DNA of 64,000 nt, taken from assembly GCA_963783695.1 (NCBI GenBank), contig CAWAOM010000006.1, forward strand, positions 324,715-388,714. Direction: 5' to 3'. The translations under genes were made by a program, and so were the position numbers. This document shows, in pieces, positions 50,001 to 59,526 of this stretch; position 1 is the stretch's first letter; each line of letters starts with the position of its first letter. Below the pieces are notes generated by a model that did no database searches, was not told the DNA's origin, and was given only the letters and a program-made list of their open reading frames with translations. The stretch comes from an uncultured Gammaproteobacteria bacterium (GTDB taxonomy: Bacteria > Pseudomonadota > Gammaproteobacteria > Steroidobacterales > BM003).

Positions 50001-50678
50001 TCAGTCGTCACCGAGTTTGTATCCGGCGCCACGAATCGTGTGCAGCAGGGGCCGCTCAAACCCCTTGTCTATCTTGGAACGAAGACGGCTGATGTGAACA
50101 TCGATAACATTGGTTTGCGGATCGAAATGATAGTCCCAGACACCCTCGAGCAACATCGTCCGGGTGACGACCTGGCCACGGTGACGCATCAGGTATTCCA
50201 GCAGACGAAACTCGGTCGGTTTGATCTCCAGCACTCTGCCGCCGCGCCTGACCTCGCGTTTCAAGAGATCGACTTCGAGATCGGCAACCACCAGCGTAGT
50301 CGCCTCGGTGGTTTCCGGGTGGGCGCGCCTGAGCAGCGCCTCGAGCCGCGCTACCAGCTCGCTGAATGCGAACGGTTTGACCAGGTAGTCGTCGCCGCCG
50401 GCCTGCAAGCCGGCGACCCGGTCATCGACTTCGCCGAGCGCGCTCAGGATCAGTGCGGGAGTGCGATTGTCCGAGGCACGCAACGTGCGGATGATCGACA
50501 GGCCATCCAGCCCGGGCAGCATGCGATCGACGATCAACGCGTCGTAGGATTCACTTGCGGCCATGAACAATCCGTCCTTGCCGTTCGCGGCATGGTCGCT
50601 GGTGTGTCCCGCCTCGCGCAGTCCCTTGCCGATGTAGCCGGCGACGTCCTGATCGTCCTCGATAACTAGCACTCGCAT
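50001..50678 (-). CDS. OmpR-family response regulator
   Basis: MRVLVIEDD, receiver Asp (LIVDRMLPGLDG), and a winged-helix C-terminus (IHTIRGAGYKL). Confidence 0.92.
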   Translation of the reverse strand: MRVLVIEDDQDVAGYIGKGLREAGHTSDHAANGKDGLFMAASESYDALIVDRMLPGLDGLSIIRTLRASDNRTPALILSALGEVDDRVAGLQAGGDDYLVKPFAFSELVARLEALLRRAHPETTEATTLVVADLEVDLLKREVRRGGRVLEIKPTEFRLLEYLMRHRGQVVTRTMLLEGVWDYHFDPQTNVIDVHISRLRSKIDKGFERPLLHTIRGAGYKLGDD

Positions 50679-50817
50679 GACAGAACTCTAGCAGACGCCC
50701 GGTATGCCGGGAAAACATGAAAATTGTTTAACCCGTGCGCAATCCCGCAGCAAGACCGATTTGGATAGTGTGGTCGCAAGCCAAACAGGCCACGAATAAA
50801 TATCAGGAGAAGACTTA

Positions 50818-52272
50818 ATGACGATCCGTCTCCCGATCCTCAACCGACGTCTGCCAGTTGCCGCACTTTTAGCCGCGCTCGTACTGGCTCCGCTTGCCGG
50901 GACAATGAGCGTGCAAGCGGCCAGCGAGCGGCCGCAGTTTGCCGACCTGATCGAGACGAACATAGCGGCGGTCGTAAACATTCGCACTGCGATGTCGGTC
51001 ACTGCCGGCGAGCCCCGAATGCAGGCCCCACATGGGAATATGCAGGGCACGCCCTTCGACGAATTCTTCCGTCGCTTTTTCGAACAGGTGCCGCGGTCGC
51101 CGCATGGATCGCAAGGACCGGCGACCGGACAGGGCTCCGGATTCCTGGTTTCGGCCGACGGTCATATCGTGACCAACAACCATGTCATCGAAAACGCCGC
51201 CGAAATCAGCGTCATCACCAACAAAGGTGAAACTTATGTCGCCAGACTAGTCGGGACCGACCCGCGCACCGATCTCGCCGTCTTAAAAATCGACGCTGAA
51301 GAACCGCTTCCCTATGTCGAATTCGGCGATTCGGACAAAGCCCGCACGGGTGACTGGATCGTGGCAATCGGCAATCCGTTCGGTCTCGGCGGCAGTGCCA
51401 CCGCCGGCATCATTTCGGCACGCGGTCGCGATCTCCAGGCCGGACCTTACGATGACTTCATCCAGATCGATGCACCGATCAACCGCGGTAATTCCGGCGG
51501 TCCGGTATTCAACACCGATGGCGAGGTCATCGGCGTCAACACGATGATCTATTCACCGAATGGCGGCAACGTCGGCATCGGCTTTGCCATCCCCTCCGCG
51601 CAGGTGACCGAAATCGTCGCCGACCTCCAGGCAAACGGTAGCGTCAAGCGCGGCTGGCTCGGCGTACAGATTCAGGGTCTGAATGAAGAAATAGCCGCAA
51701 GTCTCGGTCTTGAGAACATCAAGGGCGCACTGATCGTCGACGTTCAGGGCGACAGCCCGGCTGAAATGGGCAAACTGAAATCCGGCGATGTCGTTCTCGA
51801 CTTTGACGGCAGCGACATTGACACTGTCCGCGATCTGACTCGGCTGGTCGCCAGCGCCGAGGCCGACGAAACGGTCAAGATCGGCGTCTGGCGCGAGAGC
51901 AAAAGGCGCGAGCTGGACGTCCGAATTGGCGCTCTCGAGCCGGAGCCGTCGCAGGTCGCCAGCGCGAACGAATCGAGCCATGGCAAACTCGGGCTGGAAC
52001 TCTCGCCGCTGACCGAGGATGCGCGACGCCAGTTCCGTATCCCCGACGACGTTGAAGGAGCGCTGGTTGTGACCGTCGACCCGCTAGGCCCCGCCGCCAG
52101 CAAAGGCGTGCGCCCCGGTGACGTCATCTCGATGGTCGGCCAGGAAGCGGTTGCCACGCCGAACGATGTGCGCAGGCAGCTTGACTCCGCCATAGACGCC
52201 GAGCGTGACCACGTTCTGTTTCGTATAGAGCGCAATGGCGGCGCAAGATTCGTCGCGATGAAACTCGCCTAA
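50818..52272 (+). CDS. degP: Do-family periplasmic serine endoprotease (DegP/DegQ/HtrA, two PDZ domains)
   Basis: Signal peptide and catalytic blocks VTNNHV, DLAVLKI, GNSGGPVF, followed by two PDZ regions. Confidence 0.92.
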   Translation: MTIRLPILNRRLPVAALLAALVLAPLAGTMSVQAASERPQFADLIETNIAAVVNIRTAMSVTAGEPRMQAPHGNMQGTPFDEFFRRFFEQVPRSPHGSQGPATGQGSGFLVSADGHIVTNNHVIENAAEISVITNKGETYVARLVGTDPRTDLAVLKIDAEEPLPYVEFGDSDKARTGDWIVAIGNPFGLGGSATAGIISARGRDLQAGPYDDFIQIDAPINRGNSGGPVFNTDGEVIGVNTMIYSPNGGNVGIGFAIPSAQVTEIVADLQANGSVKRGWLGVQIQGLNEEIAASLGLENIKGALIVDVQGDSPAEMGKLKSGDVVLDFDGSDIDTVRDLTRLVASAEADETVKIGVWRESKRRELDVRIGALEPEPSQVASANESSHGKLGLELSPLTEDARRQFRIPDDVEGALVVTVDPLGPAASKGVRPGDVISMVGQEAVATPNDVRRQLDSAIDAERDHVLFRIERNGGARFVAMKLA

Positions 52273-52358
52273 ACGGTAAAAGAATTGCGGGGACCCCGCG
52301 CGACTCCCCCCTTGTCGCGTCCCGCAAAAGCATCGACCTCCCCCTCGATGCGGCATGG

Positions 52359-52387
52359 CCGGCTCCCAATCGGAGCCGGTTTTTTTT
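52359..52387 (+). terminator. Rho-independent terminator after degP
   Basis: CCGGCTCC-caatc-GGAGCCGG stem followed by a T8 run. Confidence 0.8.
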
Positions 52388-52444
52388 GCCCGCCAGGGCA
52401 ACCAGTCGCCGGCAAACATTGCGCCGTGGCACGTTCTCAGATCG

Positions 52445-52639
52445 TCAGGGTGAATACCAGGTCGGTAACGTGCAGGCCTGCTCCTGAGTCGGATAACCCC
52501 GACCGGCGTAAAGAGAAAACGCGACTCTGAATTGATCGGCCGGTTCGTTGTCTGAACCGCTATCGGCGGCAACCACGCAAAACGGGAATGCCAGCAGCAA
52601 AAGACCAGCTCCTACTGCTAAAACTCGGCGCATCATCAC
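52445..52639 (-). CDS. Possible small secreted protein (64 aa)
   Basis: Signal-peptide-like MMMRRVLAVGAGLLLLAFPFCVVAADSG with GGAAAGG upstream of the start cluster. No homology recognised. Confidence 0.35.
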   Translation of the reverse strand: MMMRRVLAVGAGLLLLAFPFCVVAADSGSDNEPADQFRVAFSLYAGRGYPTQEQACTLPTWYSP

Positions 52640-53033
52640 CTTTCCACGTCTCCGTAGAACGCCATTAGGTTGAAGCCTCCGGGGGCAGCATCAAACAACC
52701 TGGCACAGCGTTCGTCGTCTGCGGGATCTGGCCGAGATTCGAATCTCAGGGTAATCCCACGTAGCTCGGGCGCCGCCGGGTGCCGAGCTTTCAGCGCAGA
52801 TCGGCGTTCCATTCTCGATTCGACCGGACATTCGAGGAATGACGCGGGCGACGCCGCCGCCCACCAGAATGTCCCGCTTGCCGGATACAGGTAATTCGTT
52901 CAGGCCAACCATTACACGGCAATCCGCTTACGCGACGTAACGCCACAGCTGGCACCGTGACGGGAGTACAATTTCCCGATACCTGCAAAGACGGCCATGG
53001 CGGCGGGAACATTTACGAAAAGGAGTAGGCACA

Positions 53034-53858
53034 ATGTGTAGGTGGTTGGGATACATCGGTGAGCCACTGCTGATGGAGGCGTTGATTGTCAAACCCGAAC
53101 ATTCACTCATCGACCAGAGCCTTGCCTCGAAACAGGGTGCGGAGACGACCAACGGAGACGGTTTCGGTGTTGGCTGGTTCGGCGATGAACCAGAACCGGG
53201 TATTTACAAATCGACCGAGCCGGCATGGAACGACCGCAATCTCGTTTCCCTGTCCCGGCACATCAGGTCGCATCTTTTTCTGGCCCATGTACGCGCCACC
53301 ACCGGCACACCGATACAACAGACAAATTGCCACCCGTTCAACAACGGTCGCTGGCTATTCGTGCACAACGGCCTGATTAACGGTTTTGAGCACATCAAGC
53401 GCGATCTTGCGTTCGAAATCGATCCGGATCTTTTTTTCGGCATCGAAGGAACCACCGACTCCGAGCTGATGTTCAATCTCGCGCTTACCTATGGGTTGCG
53501 CGACGAACCGCTTGCGGCGCTGGAGCGCATGACCGGTTTCATTGAAGATACGGGCCGGCGCAAAGGCATTGAGATGCCGGTGCAGATGACCCTTGGCCTG
53601 AGCGACGGCAAGCGGCTGTGCGGTGTGCGTTATTCGAGTGAACACGAGTCCAGGACGCTGTACCACAGCGCCAGCATGGCCGCTCTGCAACACATCAACC
53701 CGGACCTCGAACGGTTCTCGCCCGACACCCGGGCCATCGTATCGGAGCCGCTCGGCACAATGAGCGAGGCATGGGTGAAGGTACCCGAGTCATCCGCGGT
53801 AATCGTCGAGGGCGGCAATATCGAGGTGCGACCCTTCACGCCGCGCTTGCCGGATTGA
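53034..53858 (+). CDS. Class II (Ntn) glutamine amidotransferase, YafJ/EgtC-like
   Basis: N-terminal MCRWLGY nucleophile Cys2 and GFGVGW, HVRATTG, NCHPF, FVHNG blocks. Confidence 0.8.
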   Translation: MCRWLGYIGEPLLMEALIVKPEHSLIDQSLASKQGAETTNGDGFGVGWFGDEPEPGIYKSTEPAWNDRNLVSLSRHIRSHLFLAHVRATTGTPIQQTNCHPFNNGRWLFVHNGLINGFEHIKRDLAFEIDPDLFFGIEGTTDSELMFNLALTYGLRDEPLAALERMTGFIEDTGRRKGIEMPVQMTLGLSDGKRLCGVRYSSEHESRTLYHSASMAALQHINPDLERFSPDTRAIVSEPLGTMSEAWVKVPESSAVIVEGGNIEVRPFTPRLPD

Positions 53859-54117
53859 ATTACCTCTGCCGCGGCAGCGATGGGGTCAGAACCTTACTGC
53901 ACCCGAAACTTATTGCCACTTGCAAACGCTCAACCACGGCGAGCTATGCGCGGACATTAGCGGCACCAGCCTGTGCCCCGGGTAAGCCAGGGCCGGACGA
54001 TAACCACGCAAGTAGCGGGCGCTAAAAAACAGCTATCCATCGGAGGTACGCGAACCGCGGCGATGGCCCTCGCGCTAGCATCGGATCGCCGCACGAGACG
54101 TTGGGGGTTGCGGAATG

Positions 54118-54813
54118 TCAGTGTTTGCGCAGACGGCGAAACAGGCCGCTGCGCGACGCCCGCCCCGGTGCCCGACTGGTACTCGAGCGCGCCGCCTCCT
54201 CGAGCAGAATGCGCGAGCGGGTTTCGCTCACCCGTTTCTTGAGTTCGCCAAGCATCGCCGCCATCGCAAATTCCTCGCCGCGGGTTTCCTTGATCATCGC
54301 CTGGCAGTAGAGCGCGAAGTAGGCGTTATAAACATCGAGATAGTCACGGTACCATTCCTTGTGATCGATATCGCCCAGCTTCATTGCAAGGAAACGGGCA
54401 CACAGCCCGGAAGCCTCTGCGCTGAGATAGTCGTCATGCGCAAAGAGAATGGCTTCGTTGTAATCGCGGGTCGTGCCAAATGCCTGCAGCAGCATTTTTC
54501 TATCGTCGCGATCAGGCTTGTGACGCTGGAAAAAGGCGAAGAGTGCGGCCTTCGGCACCTGGTTGAGCGCCACTTCCCTGAGGGCGATCATCTGCTGCAT
54601 CGTGGTGCGTGCTTTCGACGGTGCGCGCATGGCCTGTTGGTGACACTGGCGCCACCTGCGGTACCGTCCCGGGTTGTGCAACACCGCCTGGGCGATGTCT
54701 TTCTGCGACTCCGAACCGGATCTGCCGGCGTGCTCGAGTAACGCACATGACTCATCCATGAGCTGGCTATGGCTCAGAATCCAGGTGTAAATACGTGATG
54801 TGACTCGCGACAT
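54118..54813 (-). CDS. Hypothetical protein, predicted all-alpha with basic C-terminal tail
   Basis: 231-aa ORF with strongly G/C-biased third codon positions on this strand. No family recognised. Confidence 0.5.
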   Translation of the reverse strand: MSRVTSRIYTWILSHSQLMDESCALLEHAGRSGSESQKDIAQAVLHNPGRYRRWRQCHQQAMRAPSKARTTMQQMIALREVALNQVPKAALFAFFQRHKPDRDDRKMLLQAFGTTRDYNEAILFAHDDYLSAEASGLCARFLAMKLGDIDHKEWYRDYLDVYNAYFALYCQAMIKETRGEEFAMAAMLGELKKRVSETRSRILLEEAARSSTSRAPGRASRSGLFRRLRKH

Positions 54814-55588
54814 TCCTTCGCCGGCTGACTAGTGGTTTGCTGGAGCATCCAATCGCCGCTAAAGCGCGATCCAGAAAAATTATGTTAATGATGCACGGTT
54901 TCCACGCAAGCGGAACCGCGAATTTGTGGCATAAGTATCTGTAAACACATCGCGAAGCCGCTACTACCCTGCCGAAGCGAACCGCATTATGCGCAACGGT
55001 CTCGTTGACAGCATGAAATTGGAGTGGCCGACCTTCCCGATCGCATTCAAATTGATATTTGACCGGTCACACTAATCCCGGAGAAAACACAATTGGCGGG
55101 GTTGCAATCACAGCCGGTCGAAGCCGGGCCCGTCACAACGGACAAGAGTCAAATCCTGTGGTCTATCTGAACCGTATTTGATCATTTCCGTTTGCTCGCC
55201 GCGCCTTTTGGATTTCGCAATCCATTCTGCTCAGTGTCCTTAACCTTTGCTGCTCTCGCCGAACCTCGTTACGGCAGACATCATCACGCAGCAATATTCT
55301 CCGCGACACTGTCTTGCTCAGAACGAGATACCGGCCCAACTTGCACGGCGACATCCGTTGAACTACACATTAGCAAGTAAGCCCGGATCAATTCACCAGA
55401 GTGGCGGGCAGCGCGGCAACCCGGAGGAATGTCTTTTCGACGGGTCGCAAAAATCACCACTTTCCATAGATACGCGTGGTTGCCGAGCCTGGATTCGTAC
55501 CGGGCACCTGCCCCGGGAAACCGAATCAGCTCATTGCCGGGGAGCGAGTCCCGCAGACGGCACCGCTCACGGCCCAGGAGAGCCAATC

Positions 55589-56356
55589 ATGAACAAGGAC
55601 TTCAGCTTACTCTGTATTGCCACGATCGCCTTGGCCATTGCATCTGCCGCAGCGAAGGCGGACCAACCAACGAATCCACCAAACGACACATCCATACCAA
55701 AACGTGTCGTCCGGCTCGAGTCCAACGTCGCTGATTTGCTGAAAAACGCCGAGGCTCAACAGGCACTGATCAACGATCTGATAAAGGAAAACCTGGAACT
55801 GCGGAACCGAGTCGCCTGCGTGGCCGCCGCCAGTGGCACGAACGACTTCATCTTCGATGGCTGCAACGTGCATATCCGAAACGGAGCAGGCTCGACCGAC
55901 TCCGTTAACGGTTTCGGCAATCTGGTCGTCGGCTATAACGCGGCCCGTGCGAAAGACAGTGACAAAACCGGCTCGCACAATTTCGTCGTTGGCGATAACC
56001 ACAACTACAGCAGCCATGGTGGACTGGTAGCGGGTTTCCATAATACTGTCTCGGGCGCCTCGGCGACTGTGAGTGGCGGAGCCGAAAACACCGCAAGCGC
56101 CCCGTACGCCAGCGTCAGCGCCGGGCAGAGCAACCTGGCCACGCACTCCTATGCAAGCGTAACCGGTGGATGGGCAAATTTCGCAAGCGACCTTCATGCC
56201 AGCGTGAGCGGGGGCGTTGCGAACAGGGCCTTTGGCCCTTCATCAAGTATCAGCGGCGGTGAGAACAACGAAGCCCGTACCCTCAGTTCCAGTATTTTGG
56301 GCTCGGCTGGCAAGGTAACCATGGTCCAGGGCGAGACCATTCCACCGACGCCGTAG
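55589..56356 (+). CDS. Secreted protein: signal peptide, coiled coil, then 15-residue N-x-A...S-V-S-G-G repeats (beta-roll/Hep_Hag-like)
   Basis: AGGAGA lies 6 nt before ATG 55589. Signal peptide LLCIATIALAIASAAAKA. Heptad segment VVRLESNVADLLKNAEAQQALINDLIKENLELRNRV. Six repeats such as ENTASAPYASVSAGQ / SNLATHSYASVTGGW / ANFASDLHASVSGGV. Confidence 0.7.
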   Translation: MNKDFSLLCIATIALAIASAAAKADQPTNPPNDTSIPKRVVRLESNVADLLKNAEAQQALINDLIKENLELRNRVACVAAASGTNDFIFDGCNVHIRNGAGSTDSVNGFGNLVVGYNAARAKDSDKTGSHNFVVGDNHNYSSHGGLVAGFHNTVSGASATVSGGAENTASAPYASVSAGQSNLATHSYASVTGGWANFASDLHASVSGGVANRAFGPSSSISGGENNEARTLSSSILGSAGKVTMVQGETIPPTP

Positions 56357-56672
56357 ACGTCATGGGTCGGTTGGCGGGCGAGGCGTTACCCTTTCCGCCC
56401 AACGGGAAACTCCACGCCAATAAAACAGATTGGACAAAATTTTTTTCCTTCCCGATCCGCTTTGGAAACACAAGCGGCGGTATATGAAGCAGGCCGTGGT
56501 CTGGTCCTTCATCATTGCCACCCGGTCGGCCATTGCAGTAGACGATCGTCAAACCACTCGTATGCATTTAGCAACGTGATCCCTGACTTTTTTCGCGTCA
56601 GAACCCGTACCGAGATACTATTTGCTGACGGCAATAATCACTCGCTAACACGCGGAACAAACGAGACTCTTC

Positions 56673-57811
56673 ATGATGCAACGACTTCTTACCATGACGC
56701 TGGGCCTATTTGTAATGGTCTCTGCGCAGGCGCAATCCGATCGGCCGTTCAACGTAGAACCGGTAACGTCGTTCGATGAACCATGGGCACTGGCATTTCT
56801 TCCGGACGGTCGCATGCTCGTCACCTAGAATAAGGGAAGCCTGTTTATCGTTACGGTGGACGGCGAGAAATCCCGGCCGGTCCGATCGATGCCCGACGTC
56901 GATTATGGCGGCCAGGGCGGTCTTGGCGACGTTGCCGTGCACCCGGATTTTTCGAGCAACAATCTCATTTACCTAAGCTACGCCGAGTCCGGCACGGGGA
57001 ACACTCGCGGCGCGGCTGTTGCCAAGGCGGTCCTGAATATGAACGAACGCGGCGGCTCGTTATCCGATTTGGAAGTCATCTGGCGCCAGTATCCAAAGCA
57101 GGTGGGACGCGGTCACTACGGTCACCGGATCCTGTTCGGCGACGACGGCTACCTGTGCATCTCGTCAGGGGATCGGCAGCAATTCACGCCGCCCCAGGTG
57201 TGCAGTCCAACATTGGCAAGATCCTGCGTCTCAACGATGACGGGACGATACCGGGCGACAATCCTTTTGTTGACTACTTCAGCAAGAATGCGCTTGCCGA
57301 CGACGAAGGCGTGTACGGAGAAATCTGGTCTCTCGGACACCGCAACCCGCTGGGCATTGCGATTGATCTCGACGGACGACTTTGGGAGATCGAAATGGGT
57401 CCAGCCGGTGGCGACGAGCTAAATCGTATTGTTCCCGGCGGCAACTATGGATATCCGGTCGTTTCAAACGGCGACCACTATGACGGGCGTGAGATTCCGG
57501 ATCATGACACGCGACCGGAATTCGAAGAACCGGCGATCTGGTGGACACCCGTCATCTCGCCGGGCGACCCGATGGTCTATCGCGGCGATCTGTTCAGCGA
57601 CTGGCGCGGCAATGCCCTCGCGGCAGGGTTGTCATCGCAGGCCATCGTCAGAATCGAACTCGACGGTGCCACGGCCCGCGAAGTGGAACGTTACCCCATG
57701 GGCGCACGGATTCGCAGCGTGGTTGAAGGTCCCGATGGCGCGCTATGGATACTGGAGGATGACCGCGGCGATAGCAGCGGCCGCTTGCTGAAGCTGACAC
57801 CGAGAGAGTAA
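56673..57811 (+). pseudogene. PQQ-dependent soluble sugar (aldose) dehydrogenase, disrupted (in-frame TAG + frameshift)
   Basis: The signal peptide plus FNVEPVTSFDEPWALAFLPDGRMLVT is followed by an in-frame TAG at 56826-56828. Homology continues (YGGQGGLGDVAVHPDF...SSGDRQQF), then jumps to another frame near 57186-57200 (GVQSNIGKILRLNDDGTIPGDNPF...GHRNPLG...GGDELN). Confidence 0.8.
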
Positions 57812-58254
57812 ACCTGCCGCTTCGCCGCTGCATCTTCACAGTTCGTCGCGAACATCAGTTCCAGGAACCGTTTTTCGGTGCAACGCGCCACCTGCGAAAG
57901 ACGGCAAACAGCGGTTAACGGCGGTGGTGTTCAGCCGGCACCCGATATTGGCGCCTGGTCTGTGTTTCAATCGCGGACAATAAGTCCTGATAGTGGTCCA
58001 GCTAAACCGTATTGGCCAATTTTTCCGGTTTCGGCGAACCATCAAATGGCAAAAACCGTGTAATGGCGCAGAGCTCCAATGCCGGAACCCCGATCAGGGT
58101 GAGTACTGCTTCGAGATGTTTGCGGATTGGGCGTGGCGGCACCCCGAAGCGGGCTTGTAATCGCTGGCCATCGTCAGATGAATATTCGACCGAAACTGCT
58201 GCAGAAATAGTCTGGCACCACCGCTGGGCAACCCGATTCTAAGGCAAAATCCGA

Positions 58255-58857
58255 CTACCGCTCCTGGCTCTCCTGCGACTCCATGTCCGCCTGCCGCTGC
58301 CGGGCCCTCACGGTATATGGCTGCAAATAGTCCTCCATCGACATGTTATCGATGCGTCTGTTGAACAGAGCCTTACAATACTCATCATTGAGTTTCTGCT
58401 CGAGAAACTTTACCCCGCCCTGCGATTCCTCCTGGCTCACGCTACCGCTCTCGACCGAAGCCTTCAATTCAGTCATCGCGGTTGCCATGCTTGCCTTGAT
58501 TTTAGGCAGGGCCCTGTTATCGGCATCGTAGTCAAACCACTCCATGAGTCGCTGTCGATTTTCCTCAAAGTCATCACGATCCGCTCCCGAGTCGGTCAGG
58601 TGTTTCCAGTAAAACTGAATTGCACCGATCAGCGCCTTCTCGAACCGGTCCGCGTTCCGCGCCATGTAGGATTTCGCAACACTGGAGTCCTCGCCTGCCG
58701 AGGCACCGACCGTGAGCTTCAGATACTGGATAGCGGTCCAGCAGTCGACGAATTCATGAGCAATCCTGATATCAGGAACTGGCCGCTCGTCTTCGGCATG
58801 CGCCGGCGGAGCCGCCACAACCGATAGAAGAACCAGCAGAGCTATTCTCATTGTCAT
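58255..58857 (-). CDS. Hypothetical secreted protein
   Basis: Signal peptide MTMRIALLVLLSVVAAPPAHA, acidic helical body. Sits in the AT-richer stretch. No family recognised. Confidence 0.5.
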   Translation of the reverse strand: MTMRIALLVLLSVVAAPPAHAEDERPVPDIRIAHEFVDCWTAIQYLKLTVGASAGEDSSVAKSYMARNADRFEKALIGAIQFYWKHLTDSGADRDDFEENRQRLMEWFDYDADNRALPKIKASMATAMTELKASVESGSVSQEESQGGVKFLEQKLNDEYCKALFNRRIDNMSMEDYLQPYTVRARQRQADMESQESQER

Positions 58858-59321
58858 TGTTTAGGTGCCCCCCGGCGTCATTGCCGTCAATTCTCGCGCA
58901 GGCTCAGTCGCTAAGCTGCCGAACATTTCCTTGTAAGAAATTCACACCATCACCGCCAAAGCGCATACCGGAATAGTTGCAGTAACTAGCAGAGGAAGAG
59001 TGGCATTGGCGCTAAGCTCATGTCGTGTTGCCATCGCAGCGCAGTGTTTTTGTTTTTAGTGGCGGGAGCATAACAAAATTTTGCGATTGAATGTGACCGC
59101 AGAATGACGCCACAACGGGCGGAAAGTCGATTGCGCAGACAAGAGCCCTTATCAAAGGGCAAGTTTTCACGGCCTGCGGCGGTCCGGGAAACCGCGGCTA
59201 TTCGCCGCTTCAATATCGTCGGACACAAGGCCGTCAGCGCTGCAGCAATAGCGGCTGCTCGGCGCGCGCCGTGCGGCCTCTATTCGAACCCGAGATTCTC
59301 ATCCTGGCCCCTCGCCACTGG

Positions 59322-59358
59322 CACAAGGAAAGGGCCCCACCGGGGCCCTTTCCTTGTG
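59322..59358. other. Perfect 17-bp inverted repeat (hairpin) abutting the tRNA-Gln 3'-end duplicate
   Basis: CACAAGGAAAGGGCCCC-acc-GGGGCCCTTTCCTTGTG. Confidence 0.9.
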
Positions 59359-59377
59359 TGGCTGGGGGACCAGGATT
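59359..59377 (-). repeat. 19-nt direct duplicate of the tRNA-Gln 3' end (T-loop to CCA): candidate att-site remnant
   Basis: TGGCTGGGGGACCAGGATT at 59359-59377 is identical to 59527-59545. Identity breaks inside the T-loop. Confidence 0.85.
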
Positions 59378-59492
59378 GACTCGCGCCATCCATGGCGCTC
59401 GCCCTGCGGGCGACTGCGCCGTCCGAATCGACAATCCTGCCGATTCGTCGAACCTTTCAGGTTCGAAGATGCTGATCCCGGCCGATGAAATG

Positions 59493-59518
59493 AAAAAGGC
59501 CCCCCGAGGGGGCCTTTT
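59493..59518 (-). terminator. Terminator hairpin downstream of tRNA-Gln (bidirectional shape)
   Basis: AAAAA-GGCCCCC-cga-GGGGGCC-TTTT. On the minus strand it follows the tRNA 3' end by 9 nt. Confidence 0.7.
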
Positions 59519-59526
59519 CACTTCAA

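Noticed and set aside
52725-52765. tRNA T-arm-like GAGATTCGAATCTC, considered as a possible distal att copy of the tRNA-Gln island
   Set aside because: It shares only the ATTCGAA core with the tRNA-Gln 3' end. The flanks do not match the 19-mer, and it reads as a simple palindrome.
55380-55588. Possible c-di-GMP or other riboswitch upstream of the secreted repeat protein
   Set aside because: I could not find the conserved GEMM or other riboswitch core motifs by eye. It is left as part of the unexplained 775-bp gap.
57836-58242. Short ORFs (60-76 aa) between the sugar dehydrogenase pseudogene and the 58255-58857 gene
   Set aside because: They show no codon bias, start signals or motifs. They are likely non-coding or decayed sequence.
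59359-59470. Second tRNA gene next to tRNA-Gln
   Set aside because: Only the last 19 nt match a tRNA. Upstream of the T-loop the sequence cannot form acceptor, D or anticodon arms, so it is treated as a partial duplicate or structured remnant.
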